A stretch of DNA of 54,249 nucleotides, counting the filler, from Catajapyx aquilonaris (lineage: Eukaryota): NCBI GenBank assembly GCA_000934665.2. It is 2 parts of 2 records of this genome, joined end to end, with 100 filler letters (N's around TTAATTAATTAA, not from the genome) between each part and the next. Parts side by side here need not be neighbours in the genome. Positions count along the whole stretch, not along the records: positions 27,153 to 54,249 come from JYFJ02005122.1; 1 more part is not named here. One strand, written 5' to 3'. The translations under genes and the position numbers were made by a program. Shown one piece after another: positions 30,901-43,200 of this stretch. The notes under the pieces are model-generated. The model was given only the letters and a program-made list of their open reading frames with translations. It did no database searches and had not been told where the DNA came from. The stretch's first letter is position 1, and each line of letters begins with the position of its first letter.

Positions 30901-33231
30901 GCTTCATAATGAAATGCTGTTGCAAAGTGGTTGCATGATGCTTCAACCTGGAAAACCAGTGCATGAGAATTGCAAAGTCCTAAACACCGGCCAAGTAAAT
31001 ATTTTGAAAGAGCAAAGTTTTCACCAAGGATTACCATCTTCCTACCTATAAAAAACCTAGAATAGATGGCTGATATGAATGAGGGATTGATGTGGGATAG
31101 GGAACTGCAGAAGGGGAAGCATGGTTGTGATTAGTTGGTCATGTGTTCCGGCAGCTTCGTCTATTATACGGCTGGGATCCACTACTTCTTTGGTCTGAAC
31201 CATTCAGAAGTGATCTATTCCCCCCTGCCGCTGTATCATACAGCGGGGGGCATGCTGGGAGCAGGACAAGTGCTTCTTTACGGCTGCACTGCAGCCCTGC
31301 GCGCCAAATTCTCCGCCTCTAACTACTGGAAGGATGCTGCTGCCTATCAATGCACGGTACGCATGCCAGCTTCCTCCTCACATATCCTTCTCTTCCCTCC
31401 TTGTGACAGACATGGATATACCCGAGGCAAGTACCTCTTGAGAGCCTCACATTACAAAAGATGGTTATTTTCTTCCTCAGAAATACTCCAGTAAGGAGAT
31501 GATTTTATTGAGCTGCTGTAAATGGAGTAATGCCAGAGTGACATTCACTAATATATGAAGAGGCTCTCTCTTCTTACCTTTGCATTTTCCTGACATGAAG
31601 TTGTAGCATGAAGTGTAGTCTGGTATGGATTAGGTAGCAAGCTACTTGACATTTCACCATGCACATGCATTTAGGACAAGTGATTAATTTTATATGAATA
31701 ACACAGATTTAACACTTGTAGATTTACCACAGATAGACATTAATGAGGAATGAATTTTTTTTACATGCATTGAACTAAAATATAATTTTATAGATGGATA
31801 TCATCAGGAGTTGATTTTCCTGAAGTGTCATTAGGAATATAATGCTTGATGTGTGTGTTGTGTACTTGCTCATTTTTAAACGTATGTTGTGGTAATCAAC
31901 CTGGAATATTTGCTTGCATTTCTATGTCTGTAACTGCTTTTGCTACGCATTTTTTAGTTAGAGCAAGCATTGACTGTGGGAATAGGACATCTGTTGGGAT
32001 TTATATCTGGCATCTTAACTGTGATGATGACGATAATAATAGTGATAATAATAACATTTTTGTGTTGATATCATGCATTATGCAAGCATATAATGAAACT
32101 GGATTTGGGATGAGTGTGGATTTATGGTAATTTTTTTTAAATGTCTTTTTGTTCACTCACTCAAATAGTAAATTTTGAGGGAATATAATTTGCATGACAT
32201 TCATGCATGTGCTCAATATTAGCACTGTTTCATTGATTAACACCTAAAGTCACAATTTGATTGTTTAAAAATTTACGTGTTGCTATCCTTACTTGATAAG
32301 GTACCATAATATTTTTTCTGGGTGTGCCACCAACATTTAGGCTGCCCAGTACATCGGAGAGTTGTGCCGATACCTGCTCTCTGCGCCACCCCGTCCAGAG
32401 GACACCCAACATAAGGTGCGCCTTATGTTTGGAAATGGACTCCGCCCACAGATCTGGACACAATTCCAGGAGAGATTCAACATTCCCAGGATTTGTGAAT
32501 TCTACGGATCCACTGAAGGAAATGCCAACATTGGTATGACACTGTGCATGTGAATGAGATATTGCATGTTTGGACGTCACAAGTCCACAAGTGTGTTTCA
32601 GAATTGAGCTCACTCCTGTATAGGAGGGAATTTTATGAACTCTCCTGAGTCTATATGGTAATCCTGTACCCAAATGTACACTATGTATGATCCAGGTGGA
32701 GGAATGAAAGTGCATTCCCACGTGAAACTCCCCTAATTTACAGTCATGGATCAACGTGACATTTCCACCAATATGAATGCGATTCCAACTCTGAAACACT
32801 TGGTTTAGCTGAAGTACTTTTCTCTTTTAAGTGGTCATCATAATTCAGCAGCTAATTTTATGCTTTCCTGTCTTCCACAGTGAATATGGAGAATAAGGTC
32901 GGCGCTGTTGGATTCTGTTCTAGAATCCTTCCCTTTGCATATCCTGTGACTTTGATTAAACTAGACGAAACTGGAGAACCAGTCAGAGATAAGAAAGGAC
33001 TGTGCATTAGATGCAAACCAGGTAAGTAATTGGCAAAGGTGCAACTCATGTTGGAGAAAAAGGACAATGTTTTAAGCATAGATGTTATTGCAGGGGAACC
33101 TGGTGAATTTGTGGGTAAGATAGTAGCCAGTCATCCCCTTAGAGCATTCCATGGATATGCAGATAAGACTGCCACTGAGAAGAAAATTGTCAAAGATGTC
33201 TGGAGCAAAGGAGATTTAGCCTTCCGATCAG
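27971..33231 (+). CDS. Fatp: Long-chain fatty acid transport protein / very-long-chain acyl-CoA synthetase (SLC27/FATP), internal part. Alternative exons 27971-28172, 30071-30272, 31155-31356; then exons 32341-32533, 32881-33021, 33094-33231
   Basis: Motifs [84 protein letters not shown]; all junctions are GT-AG and phase-consistent. The 5' exons and the 3' exons are not visible. Confidence 0.92.
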
Positions 33232-33569
33232 GTGAGTTCATTTAATGCATTTTACTGATATACTTTTAACTGCGAACTGTGCTGTAGCTTGCTATTGTCT
33301 CTTAAAAATTGTCTATCAAGAGCTAATAACTGAGAGCATGTTACAAGTCCTTTGCCGTGACTGAACCTCTGATAGACCAGGGAAGTGTTGAGATTAGTTT
33401 CCCTCTGGCGCGACAAGACCGAACCAAGAAGGGAACCTTTGTCCCTCCTACAGAGGCGTGGCTTCTTCAGGGGGTCAACTCTTTCTGTTCCTCATTTATC
33501 ACCTTGGGTTGGGGTGGGTGCGAAGAAAGGCCCCAGGGCTCCTGGACTTTGACCCCCNGGGGTCAGATA

Positions 33570-33990
33570 AGTCAGACCCTTCCTAATCTACTACCCTCGG
33601 GCTTATCGCAGGTACGGAATGAACCTTTTAAAATAATCCGCAGAATTTTTTAAGGACGCACCTTTTTGCATTTTTGACGGCAAATATGAATTCTAAGGTG
33701 TCGAAAACCTATCTTTTCATACTCGATTCGTACCAGGCATGTCACAAACAGGCCCATGGAAACCCATGTGTATATTAAGAAAACTTGTTGAAGTTATCAT
33801 GCTAGATCTACTTTTTGACATGCCTGGTATGAATCAGGTATGAAGATATAGGTTTTCGACACCTTAGAATTCATATTTGCTGTCAAAAGTGCAAAAAGGT
33901 GCGTCTTTAAAAAAGTAGCCGGATTAGTTTAGAAAGGCCACTACCCCCTCCTGCTATAAGCCCAAGGAGGGTAGATTAGGAATAAGGGTC
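33570..33990. mobile_element. Palindromic MITE
   Basis: gacgcacctttttgca...ctaaggtgtcgaaaacctatctt (33655-33715) mirrors 33843-33905. Confidence 0.7.
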
Positions 33991-34418
33991 NCCCCCCCCC
34001 CCCCCCCCCCACGGACCTTCTAGTCTGAAGAGGAGCCCATGTGTCCGATTCTGGGCCTCTGAAGAAACTGGTCTCTGATTGGCCACTGGCCAAATGGGCT
34101 GGACCTTCCTCCAAGGAGGGGGGGCTGCCTCAGGACTCGTTCATGATGACGTACTCCTGATTTTTCCCATGTATCCCTCAAGGGTTAACTGAGCTGCCAT
34201 GATATGGCTGAGCCCGTCTGGGGAGTCGCCAGTTCCGCTGAGAGGATGAGGAAGCCTGCTATACGGCAGGGATAGGGCACTCGGAGGCTCTCAGTTATTA
34301 GCTCTTGATCACACTATTGTTCACTGATATGTAACACAAAATGGAAAAAATATCAGGTGTCTATGTACACATAGTGAGCCTAATCATGTGGTTGTTTCAG
34401 CTCATGACAATGACAATA

Positions 34419-34945
34419 CAGGGTGTTTACGAGCTAACTTTACCAACTTCTAGGGGTAATAGAGGGGACCAAGACAAACATATTTCACATAGGAACCCGT
34501 GTCCGGAAACGCCATCTAGAGGGGGTTCACAGACAAGGAACGGGTGCGCTCAGACGCGTCAGGCGGGCGGCATTAGTGAGCAGACCGTTTAGTTTCTAGG
34601 TGGCGGGCGGATTGTACACAACTCAGCAATTCGCCATAACCTGGCAACAACAGAGTTGTTGTTTATTATCTGCGCACTACCTAGCATGCTGACTTTAGTT
34701 GTTAGGTGGTTCTGTTGTTGCCAGGTTATTGAGAATTGCGAAGTTGTGTACAATCCGCGCGCCACCTAGCAACTAAACGCTCCGACCGCTAATGCCCCCC
34801 GCCTGACGCGTCTGAGCGCACCCGTTCCTCGTCTATGAACCCCCTCTAGATGGTGTTTCCGGACACGGGTTCCTCTGTGAAATATGTTTGTCTTGGTCCC
34901 CTCTATTACCCCTGGAAGTTTGTAAATTAGCTCGTAAACACCCTG
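34419..34945. mobile_element. Tc1/mariner-type palindromic MITE
   Basis: TA|CAGGGTGTTTACGAGCTAA ... TTAGCTCGTAAACACCCTG|TA; the arms pair almost to the centre. Confidence 0.85.
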
Positions 34946-35079
34946 TATATTAAACTTAAGTATGAACATTGTGCCAATTGGAGACCCTGCATAATTTGTT
35001 AACAGGTGCATCTTACCATTTATTCAGTGGTTAAAGCAGGATGTGAATGTGATGTTGTCTTGAAATAATGTGCTGGCTC

Positions 35080-35337
35080 ACGGGTGACGCGGTGGCAGAG
35101 TGGTTAGCGCCACAGCCTTCCACCTCCAAGGTCCTGAGTTAGATCCCTGGGTCGCGCAGAGGATGCTTATGTGGATAGAGTTTCGATGGGTTCTCTCCGT
35201 GTTCGCGTGGGTTTTCTCGGGGTTCTCCCGTTTCCTCCCGCAATCGAAATCCATCACACGCAGGCAATGATTAAAGTCGGTTCACGAAAAGAAGATCCCC
35301 TAAGAGGTCCAAGGCCTATCACGGGGTATCCATTATT
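35080..35337 (+). mobile_element. Full-length tRNA-derived SINE with V-SINE-like central domain
   Basis: A box TGGCAGAGTGG; core GTTCTCTCCGTGTTCGCGTGGGTTTTCTCGGGGTTCTCCCGTTTCCTCCC; (ATT)n tail; 15-bp TSD ATAATGTGCTGGCTC at 35065-35079 and 35338-35352. Confidence 0.85.
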
Positions 35338-36441
35338 ATAATGTGCTGGCTCTATGTAAATAGAGCGACCACCTTTAACCCCCAGAGCCCGGCAAGGCTT
35401 TTGAATTTTTTAAAAGCTTTTTAGTAAATTCTGTATGGCCCCAAAACAATGTTACAATAAAGATTATATTATAGGAAAGTTATACATCAATGCTTAGCTT
35501 AGACTTGGGGCTTTTCGAAAAAATAAAAATAATGCTAATTTGATGGTCATGTGACCATGGCGGCCATTTTGAATGTATAATTTTGTGTTAACGGATGGTA
35601 ATCAATATAAACTCATATTTCTGAAGTTAATCATAAAACTCAGCCATATTTTTCTCAGTGATTGTCTGTAGGCCTAATTTACAAATGCAATCAAGAAATG
35701 CAGTTGAATCAGGATGTAACACCCTTGGCTGTAACAGACTCTCGGTTATAACAGACTCGAAGTGTGGTCCTGGCAAACTTCCATAAGACCCTGTATAGTT
35801 TTTCTCCTGATATAACATACTCATTTTCACCTCACCTCGGGTGTTACAGACCCTTTCATGGCCCCTCAGTTGGGAAATATTCTGCTTTTGATTACTCAGC
35901 CTCCTTTCCCATGCACGGAAAGCATAATGGAGATGGGGTGATTTTTCCACTTGTCCCTGATCTAACACTTGCAGAAAATGTCAAAATCATTATTTTGTGG
36001 TACATCTGGCAAGAACGAGACGTCAGAAGAAAATGAGGTTTTTTTGTTTTTTTTTGGTCCTCCTTGATTTACAGATGAGCTCATTTTGCATGTTTGTGGA
36101 TAGTTTCATTAATCAGCATGCATTTGACTATTAGTGCATTATAAGCATATGAAAGCAGAAACTTTTGTTTTATTGCAAAAGTGGCGATTTGGCTATAACA
36201 TAAGTGGTTATAACAAACTGATTTCCTTGGTCCATTGAAGTCTGTTATATTTGAATTCTACTCTATAACAAATGTCTAGGAAGCCAGAAAACCAGAGCCT
36301 GACACATGCTGCCCTCTGTTGTTACCAAAAGTAACCATCCCTACATTTCATCCAGAAGCACATGGTGTTGATCTAAAAATAGAAGAGTCACAAAGCCCAT
36401 ATATATACTGGGTGAAGCGAAACTCGCGCCCAATCGCCAGG

Positions 36442-36643
36442 TATAGTCAAAGGACGTCCAAGAATGCACGTCTGGAACCTCCCACTTTTCCAGTTTCCAT
36501 GGAGATTTCCTCACACAACAATAGGAGTAAACAGTGCTATTTTGTTGACACTGTTTACTCCTATTGTTGTGTGAGGGCATCTCCATGGAAACTGGAAAAG
36601 TGGGAGGTTCCAGACGTGCATTCTTGGATGTCCTTTGACTATA
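36442..36643. mobile_element. About 200-bp palindromic MITE
   Basis: TATAGTCAAAGGACGTCCAAGAATGCACGTCTGG ... CCAGACGTGCATTCTTGGATGTCCTTTGACTATA. Confidence 0.8.
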
Positions 36644-37377
36644 GACTGATAGTATTCGCAAAACTAATATAGGGACGTCCAGTTAGTTTTGGGCGCAGGT
36701 GCGTAGTTAATGCGTACACAGGGCCGGCGGCGTTAGGTGAGATGGCGCCCTGTGCCGTTTGACATATATTACGCCCCCCCCCCCCGAACGTAGGAATTAA
36801 AATATTCAGCAATAAGGCAGAAAATTTCGGGTGGGGGCCCATTTCATAAATCATAAGCACTAGGCGAGCAAGCGGTAAATGGCGGGGAGGAAGCCCGCCG
36901 CAGGCGCAAATTTTTTGGGGGTGCAAGGTCATACGAGCTTAGGTGAATGTGGGAGATTTGAATGAGTGTATATTTGATGTAATTGGTAGCACTCCCCCCC
37001 AATTATGAATTAGTAATTTATAACGCTATTTCCGGCTATTTCAAACATTTCGTGGGGGGTGGGGGGGGGGCGACCCGCATGGGCCCCGTGCCCCCCTGCA
37101 CACGCCACTAAGGATAATTCACTGCCACGGGAAAGCGGGTATAGTACTCCCGTCACTACTTTGACTCCCTTTTCCGATGAGGAATTGCTTACTATTATGA
37201 AGCATTTAAGCGTGGAGCTAGAGGTTCGTCAGTATCGTCACAAGTAGTTATTCTTAATTTTTAATAATAAAATAAAATATGTTAAACTTTTGTGGGTGCC
37301 CCCTGGCAGGGGGGCCAGGGGCGCTCGTACCCTGCGCCCCCCTATTAATCCGGCACTGCCTCCGACTGCTTTTTTAC

Positions 37378-37552
37378 TTTTTGGAAGGGGGCGCTTTTTA
37401 GAAGGGGCTCCTTTTTGGAAGGGGGCGCTTTTTAGAAGGGGGCGCCTTTTTGGAAGGGGCGCCTTTTTGGAAGGGGGCGCCTTTTTGGAAGGGGGCGCTT
37501 TTTAGAAGGGGGCGCCTTTTTGGAAGGGGGCGCATTTTTGGAAGGGGGCGCT
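37378..37552 (+). repeat. Minisatellite, about 9 copies of 18-19-bp GAAGGGGGCGCYTTTTTG
   Basis: Directly visible tandem array. Confidence 0.9.
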
Positions 37553-38897
37553 ATGACGACATGTTTTTGAAGCAGATGAAACGCTGAAAGAATGTGGTGA
37601 GCATTGTCAATTGGAAGCCATTGGAAGATGCTGAGTAAGTGGCTCCCTTGTGGCCTTGTGTGCGCCATTAAGGAAGAAAAATTTAACGACATTTTTAATT
37701 TTTTATATTATTTGGAAAGGGCTCATCACGCGTCTTTCGCGCCCCACACGCATCTGCGCCCTGTGCGGTAGCACTGGTCGCACACCCCTAGCGCCGGCCC
37801 TTGCGTACAGCGCCTTTAACCCTTTGAGGGCTACGAGCCTCATATTAGGTCCTTCGGGTTTTTGAACTGGCGTGCTAGAGTTTAGACACAAATGCTCAAA
37901 CTGCTCCTACCACCTCATGGAAGGGAGGTCAACTACCATGGCATATGCTAATCAGTTTTTCCGCCTCCAAGCATGAGCTGAACATATACCCCCTCCCGCG
38001 GTGTCAGAACAGGGTAGCCAATAAGTCTGGACTCTTATGAATTTCTCATAGTACAGTGTTTCAGTATTATTTTGTAACCATAGCAACAATTTTATAGTGA
38101 CTTTAAAATTTTAATACATTTAATTACATTAAAGTTAATTGCACTTAAAAAAAAATCTGAAACACCCTGTAGATGAATTTTTTTGGCATTTTACATTCAA
38201 CAGGACCACCACGAGTTAAAATTATAAATATTGGAGCATATTGTTTTTCATTAATATCACTCCTACTACAAATTTTCATTGAGAAAAGAAAAAAAAAAAA
38301 CAGCCGAGAAAAACAGGCGTCAAAGGTTCCCAAACTTTTTGAGTCGCGGAGCACTTTTCAGGAGAGATATTCAGGATGGAGCACTAACATCATCGATCCG
38401 CGTAGGCAGAACAATTTTCGGGGGGGAGGGGGGGGGGCAGCGCCATATTAGGAAATCGGAAGGTGAGGGGCACTGCAGGCGAGAAAATTTAGGGTTCAAG
38501 GTCACACAAGCTACTGAGAGATTAGAATGGGTATAACTTATTGAAGAATTCCTTTTTTCCCCCAACCTCTTCGCAGAGCACTTGGACAAGCTTCGCGGAG
38601 CACAGTTTGGGAACCTCAGGGTTAAAGTGTAGAGGGCCTGATGGTAAAATATAAAGTAAAAACGACCAAGTGCACGGGTGTCGTACCCGGATTCTTACTT
38701 TGACGGGATTTGATCACCTATTGCACATGGACATTGTGTTATGGACCCAAGGCTGGATTGTTCAAGGGGCTCGAGCTGGCTTTTGCTTCTTTATAGCAAG
38801 TGGAATGGATGTGATGTCACGAAACTTTGACGGCGCCGTACACATTAACTATGCATCGGCACCCAAAACTAATTGTACATCCCTATATTAGTTTTAC

Positions 38898-39244
38898 GCG
38901 GGGAGATGAAGTGGCGTCGCGGTAACGTGTGCGCCCACGGATATGAAGGTCCCGGGTTCAAACCCCAACCGGGGTTCCCACCTTTATCCGTGCAGAGTTG
39001 GGCCATCTCTGGCTTCATTTCGGGTGGCAATTTCCGACAGACTAAGCCACCCGGGGGAGTTCACAAAATGACCGTTAGAGCCATTGCACTTGCACTTTGC
39101 ACATCCCCTCCCACCTACTCTTGGAGTACACTAATAAGATCCATCTTAACACGCTCCAAAATAAATCCCAATGGTGGTAAACCACCCCCCCTAAGGAGTA
39201 GATAACTCCCCCCGTGGGATAATGAGAAAAAATAATGAGAAAAA
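38898..39244 (+). mobile_element. tRNA-derived SINE (separate family)
   Basis: A-box-like TGGCGTCGCGG; B box GGTTCAAACCC; repeated ATAATGAGAAAAA tail; 13-bp TSD ATATTAGTTTTAC at 38885-38897 and 39245-39257. Confidence 0.7.
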
Positions 39245-39482
39245 ATATTAGTTTTACTAGTAGGCTACTATAAGTCTACCTGGCGATTAGGCGTGAGTTT
39301 CCCTTCACCCTGTATATATAGGCTCGCTGGTCTCTGAGGGTTAAAAGTTCAAAAGGAGTGGAGGTAAATTGGCTTATTGGTGCAGATCATTGTTCTGAAA
39401 AACTAACTGTGGGAGCTAAGTGTATTGCACAATCTATAATGCTACATTTCTTGCCAGCATGTGTCATGTATAGTGTCTTGTT

Positions 39483-39779
39483 ACCGGAGCAGGTTGGCAT
39501 AGTGGATAAGGCATCCGACCGCTAATCGGGAGGTCCTGGGATCAAATTCCGGAGCCGGTAACTCTGACCGTGGTTTTCTGTGGTTTCCCACGGTCCTTCC
39601 AGGAAAATTCCGGGGTTGCTTCCGTAATTAATAGGCCACAGCCGCTTCCTTCCGTCCCTATGCTATCCCAAAAAGCGCAGTAAAATGAGAGCAAAGAGTT
39701 CCAGGCAAAACAAAACTTCCCCCCTAAAGAGCCGATGGCTGATAACGGGGTATGAATTATTATATATAATAATTATTAT
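39483..39779 (+). mobile_element. tRNA-derived SINE (core resembles arthropod Talua/Lm1-type SINEs)
   Basis: A box TGGCATAGTGG; core GGTTTTCTGTGGTTTCCC...TAGGCCACAGCCGCTTCCTTCC; flanking direct repeat TATAGTGTCTTGTT. Confidence 0.75.
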
Positions 39780-40209
39780 TATAGTGTCTTGTTTTTGCTA
39801 CATGTCATGACCTTGCTAGAGCTTGATGCTGGCATGCTGCATTGTATTGTCTAATCACTGTACTGAGGCACAGCTGCAGACATTTGTGCCATGGTAATCA
39901 TAACAGTTGGCATTACTGAATGTTATTAAATGCCGAGGTATTTCTTGGGGAAATTGGGTAATTCACCATTGTACACGTAGACATTATGGAAGTGAGAGTG
40001 TATAGGTTTGATGTGTTGTTAGTGTTTCACTTAGCATTTATATTCATGCAACAAATGCCACCATGTAGTTAAACCATGTACAAATTCAGCACTGAAATGG
40101 CATTCATACCAAGAACCACATGTTCTTCCCATCAGGCGAGCAGACGTCCCACTGTTGCCACAGGTACCGGCAACACAGAAGGGTATACCGTACAAATTGA
40201 ACATTGCAG

Positions 40210-43200
40210 AGAGACCAAGGAGGTCAAGGAGATGAAGATGAGGAGCCCAAGTTTGAAGATGTGCTGGAATTGGTCGGTGGAAAGGGAATCTGGAACTGGG
40301 CCCTGTTTTTGCTGGCATCTTTCTCTGGCTTTTGCTCCTCTCTACACAATTTGGGGTATGCCTTCCTAGCCTTCAGGGTACCATACTGGTGCCATGTGGT
40401 TATGTTGGACCAGTATGACTTGCTGGAGCAGGAAATTTTGCTCAACTACACAATACCATGGCAAGTATTGATATTAGATATAAGCACTGTTGTTGTGTGT
40501 GAGGGTGTGATGCAAAAAAAGAAGTGTAACAAGATCCCAGATCCTGACACAGAACAACACTCAAATCCTCCATTTGGTTACAGGGAGCATAAAGATGACA
40601 AATGGCAGAGGAGTGAATGTTTCATGTACGACCGACATTATGGCAACAACACCGAATTTATATTGGAGGCTGCGGAAGAACAGTCATCAGCGAGAATATA
40701 CCTGACTGAGACTGGGCATGATTTGTCCTCTTTGCAGTTGCCATCTACAATCGCATGTGATACTTGGTATTTCAACACCACCGAGTTTAGCTCCACTATC
40801 GTAACAGAGGTATTTTATTGAGCGTCTGTCTTCCTGCATACAGTATATAATAACCAAATTGTCATTTTGCAGTGGTCACTAGTGTGTGGTCGAGAATGGC
40901 TGGCGTCAACGAGCCAAGCAGTGTATATGCTTGGTATTCTGCTAGGCTCCCCGACATTTGGCTGGGCATCTGACAAATGGGGGCGTCGCAAGAGTGTGCT
41001 AGCTGCTGTCATTCTCTATGCTGCCACTGGACTTGCCACTGCTGGTGCTCCTTGGTTGTGGGCACTATTTGTTCTCAGACTGGTTCTGGGATTCGCCACA
41101 CCGGGAGTATATGCAGGTACTTTTCATATGAAATCAATACCCATGTTTAGCTTTACCCCATTAGAGGGAACAGAGCCCTTTTAGGGGAGTGGATTACCAC
41201 CATTTTTCTTAGAAATTTCTTCGCATTTTTTCTCTCCGGTGCAGGGGTCAGGATAGGGATTTGTGAGGGGGGGATATGGTTGCAAGTGCGATGTCTCAAA
41301 TTGGGGGTCGTGTGCAGTCCCCCAGGGGGTCAAGCTACACGACACCCCCCTAGGTGTGGGTCAGAAATCCCCCACCAACACCGCACCTCCTCATGGATGG
41401 GACAAGGATAGGAAAGGAAGGAAGTGGCTGTGGCCTATTATTTAGGAAGCAACCCTCCTGGGTGGACCGTGGGAAAGGGAAACCACAGAAAACCACGGTT
41501 AGGATTGCCGGCCCCGGGGCTCGAACCCAGGACCTCCCGATTAGCAGTCGAACACCTTATCAACTCCACCAAACTGCTTCGGTAAATCAATACCCATGTG
41601 ATGTATGTCTAAAAAGAAATCACTATTAAATCTGCCTGTAAGAGTCTGAATTCAACTAAAACCTACCAAATTTGTGTGGGCCCAGCAGGACAAATTCAAT
41701 GCATTTTGTCATGTACTTGTACAATTGACACCGGATATAACAGCCTCAGCTATTTGCGAGACCCATGGCCTGTAGAGGTGCTGAAGGCGAATCCAAGATG
41801 TCCAACGGATGGGGTACTCGAGCAGGCAGGGCATGAGCTTGGCATGAGGCAGGGAGAACAGTAGACAAGGCTGAGCACACGCTATGTGGGCAGGGAGAGG
41901 GGAGGGGTACACATATGGCCAGAGTGGGCAGGTGGGGCAGGCCCCAGGCCAAGGCACATGAGGTAGCTGGTACCTATGCAAATGGCTGGGAGAGCAGCGC
42001 GATGCGACACGGGGCCCAGCCGGCGTGGCTGTAGGGGAGTGGGTCCAGACGTGCAGGGAGACATTTGGGAATTAATTGCGACCAAACTAGAAGTGGGAGG
42101 AGGGTGACAGTGCTCCCGTCGTTGACAGGAGATTTCGATTGTTCAGACAACGTCCACAAATAAAATAAATACCCACAGGTTATTTTACAAGGGAATTAAA
42201 TAGGGAATATCTCTGCAAAAAGTGGGACTTAGTTTCTGGACGAGAGAATCTGGCAAGCTGTAATCGTATCGTTCCCGGGGTGCAGGTTGACCTTTGGGAA
42301 TTAATTGCATCCCAACTAGAGATCGAAGGAGGGTGACAATGCTGCCATCGTCGAGAGGCGATTTCAACTGTCCTGACAACGTTCAATTTAATATTACATA
42401 CCGTGCGGGTAATTTACGGGGGAATTGAATAGCGAATATCTCGGCAAAAACCACTGGACAAGAGATGGCTGGTTGACTGTAACCGTCTGGGTCCAGAATG
42501 CAGAGTGACCTTTGGGAATTATTTACGCCCAAACGAGGATTTGGAAAAGGGTGACAGTGTTCCCAGAGGAGATTTCGATTGTCCAGACGATATCCGCAAG
42601 TAAAATTCCTACAAGTAATTCTCAGGGGGAATTAAATAGCGAATTTCTGGGCAAAACGTGGGGCTTTTTCTCAGGATGACGCAACGACTACTACTTATGG
42701 ACGTCGAGACGTCCACAAGTAGCAGTCCCGCTCATAAAGAATGGTATGACTCTATGGACGAAATGTTCATCCACAATGCCCAGCAGTTTTCCCTACCTTA
42801 TTTCGACATGACCCTAAGGAAAACCTTTTCCTGACCTTTGGTGACTCGGGTGACCCATCCCGAATTCTAAATAAAAATTTTAATTATCAAAATGTTCAAC
42901 CAGGTATAGTGCGGAAAACTAAACAATGATCTGACGTCATGAAGGTTTTCATGGAAATACCCTCACAGAACTATATGAGTAAACAGTGTCAACAAAAAGC
43001 AACAATGTAAGAAATGATGACGTGAGATCATCGTTTGGTTTTCCGCACTATACAATGCTCATGTAGATTTGATGTGAATTTTCCCCCTAAAATTTTCCTA
43101 CTTTGCCTTGTTTTTTCTTATCTCTTTTACTTTATTTTGATTCCCCTTTCCCAGACTTCCTTGCGGCATGCTGGCGACCCAGGGGTTGGGAACAGGATAA

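Noticed and set aside
35080..35160. tRNA genes (also at 38905, 39487, 41510, 47660)
   Set aside because: These are tRNA-like heads of SINEs with tails and mostly TSDs; the cloverleafs are incomplete.
35374..39344. piggyBac-like TTAA|CCC...GGG|TTAA ends (35374, 37816, 38620, 39341)
   Set aside because: The TIR pairing is imperfect and ambiguous; boundaries cannot be supported.
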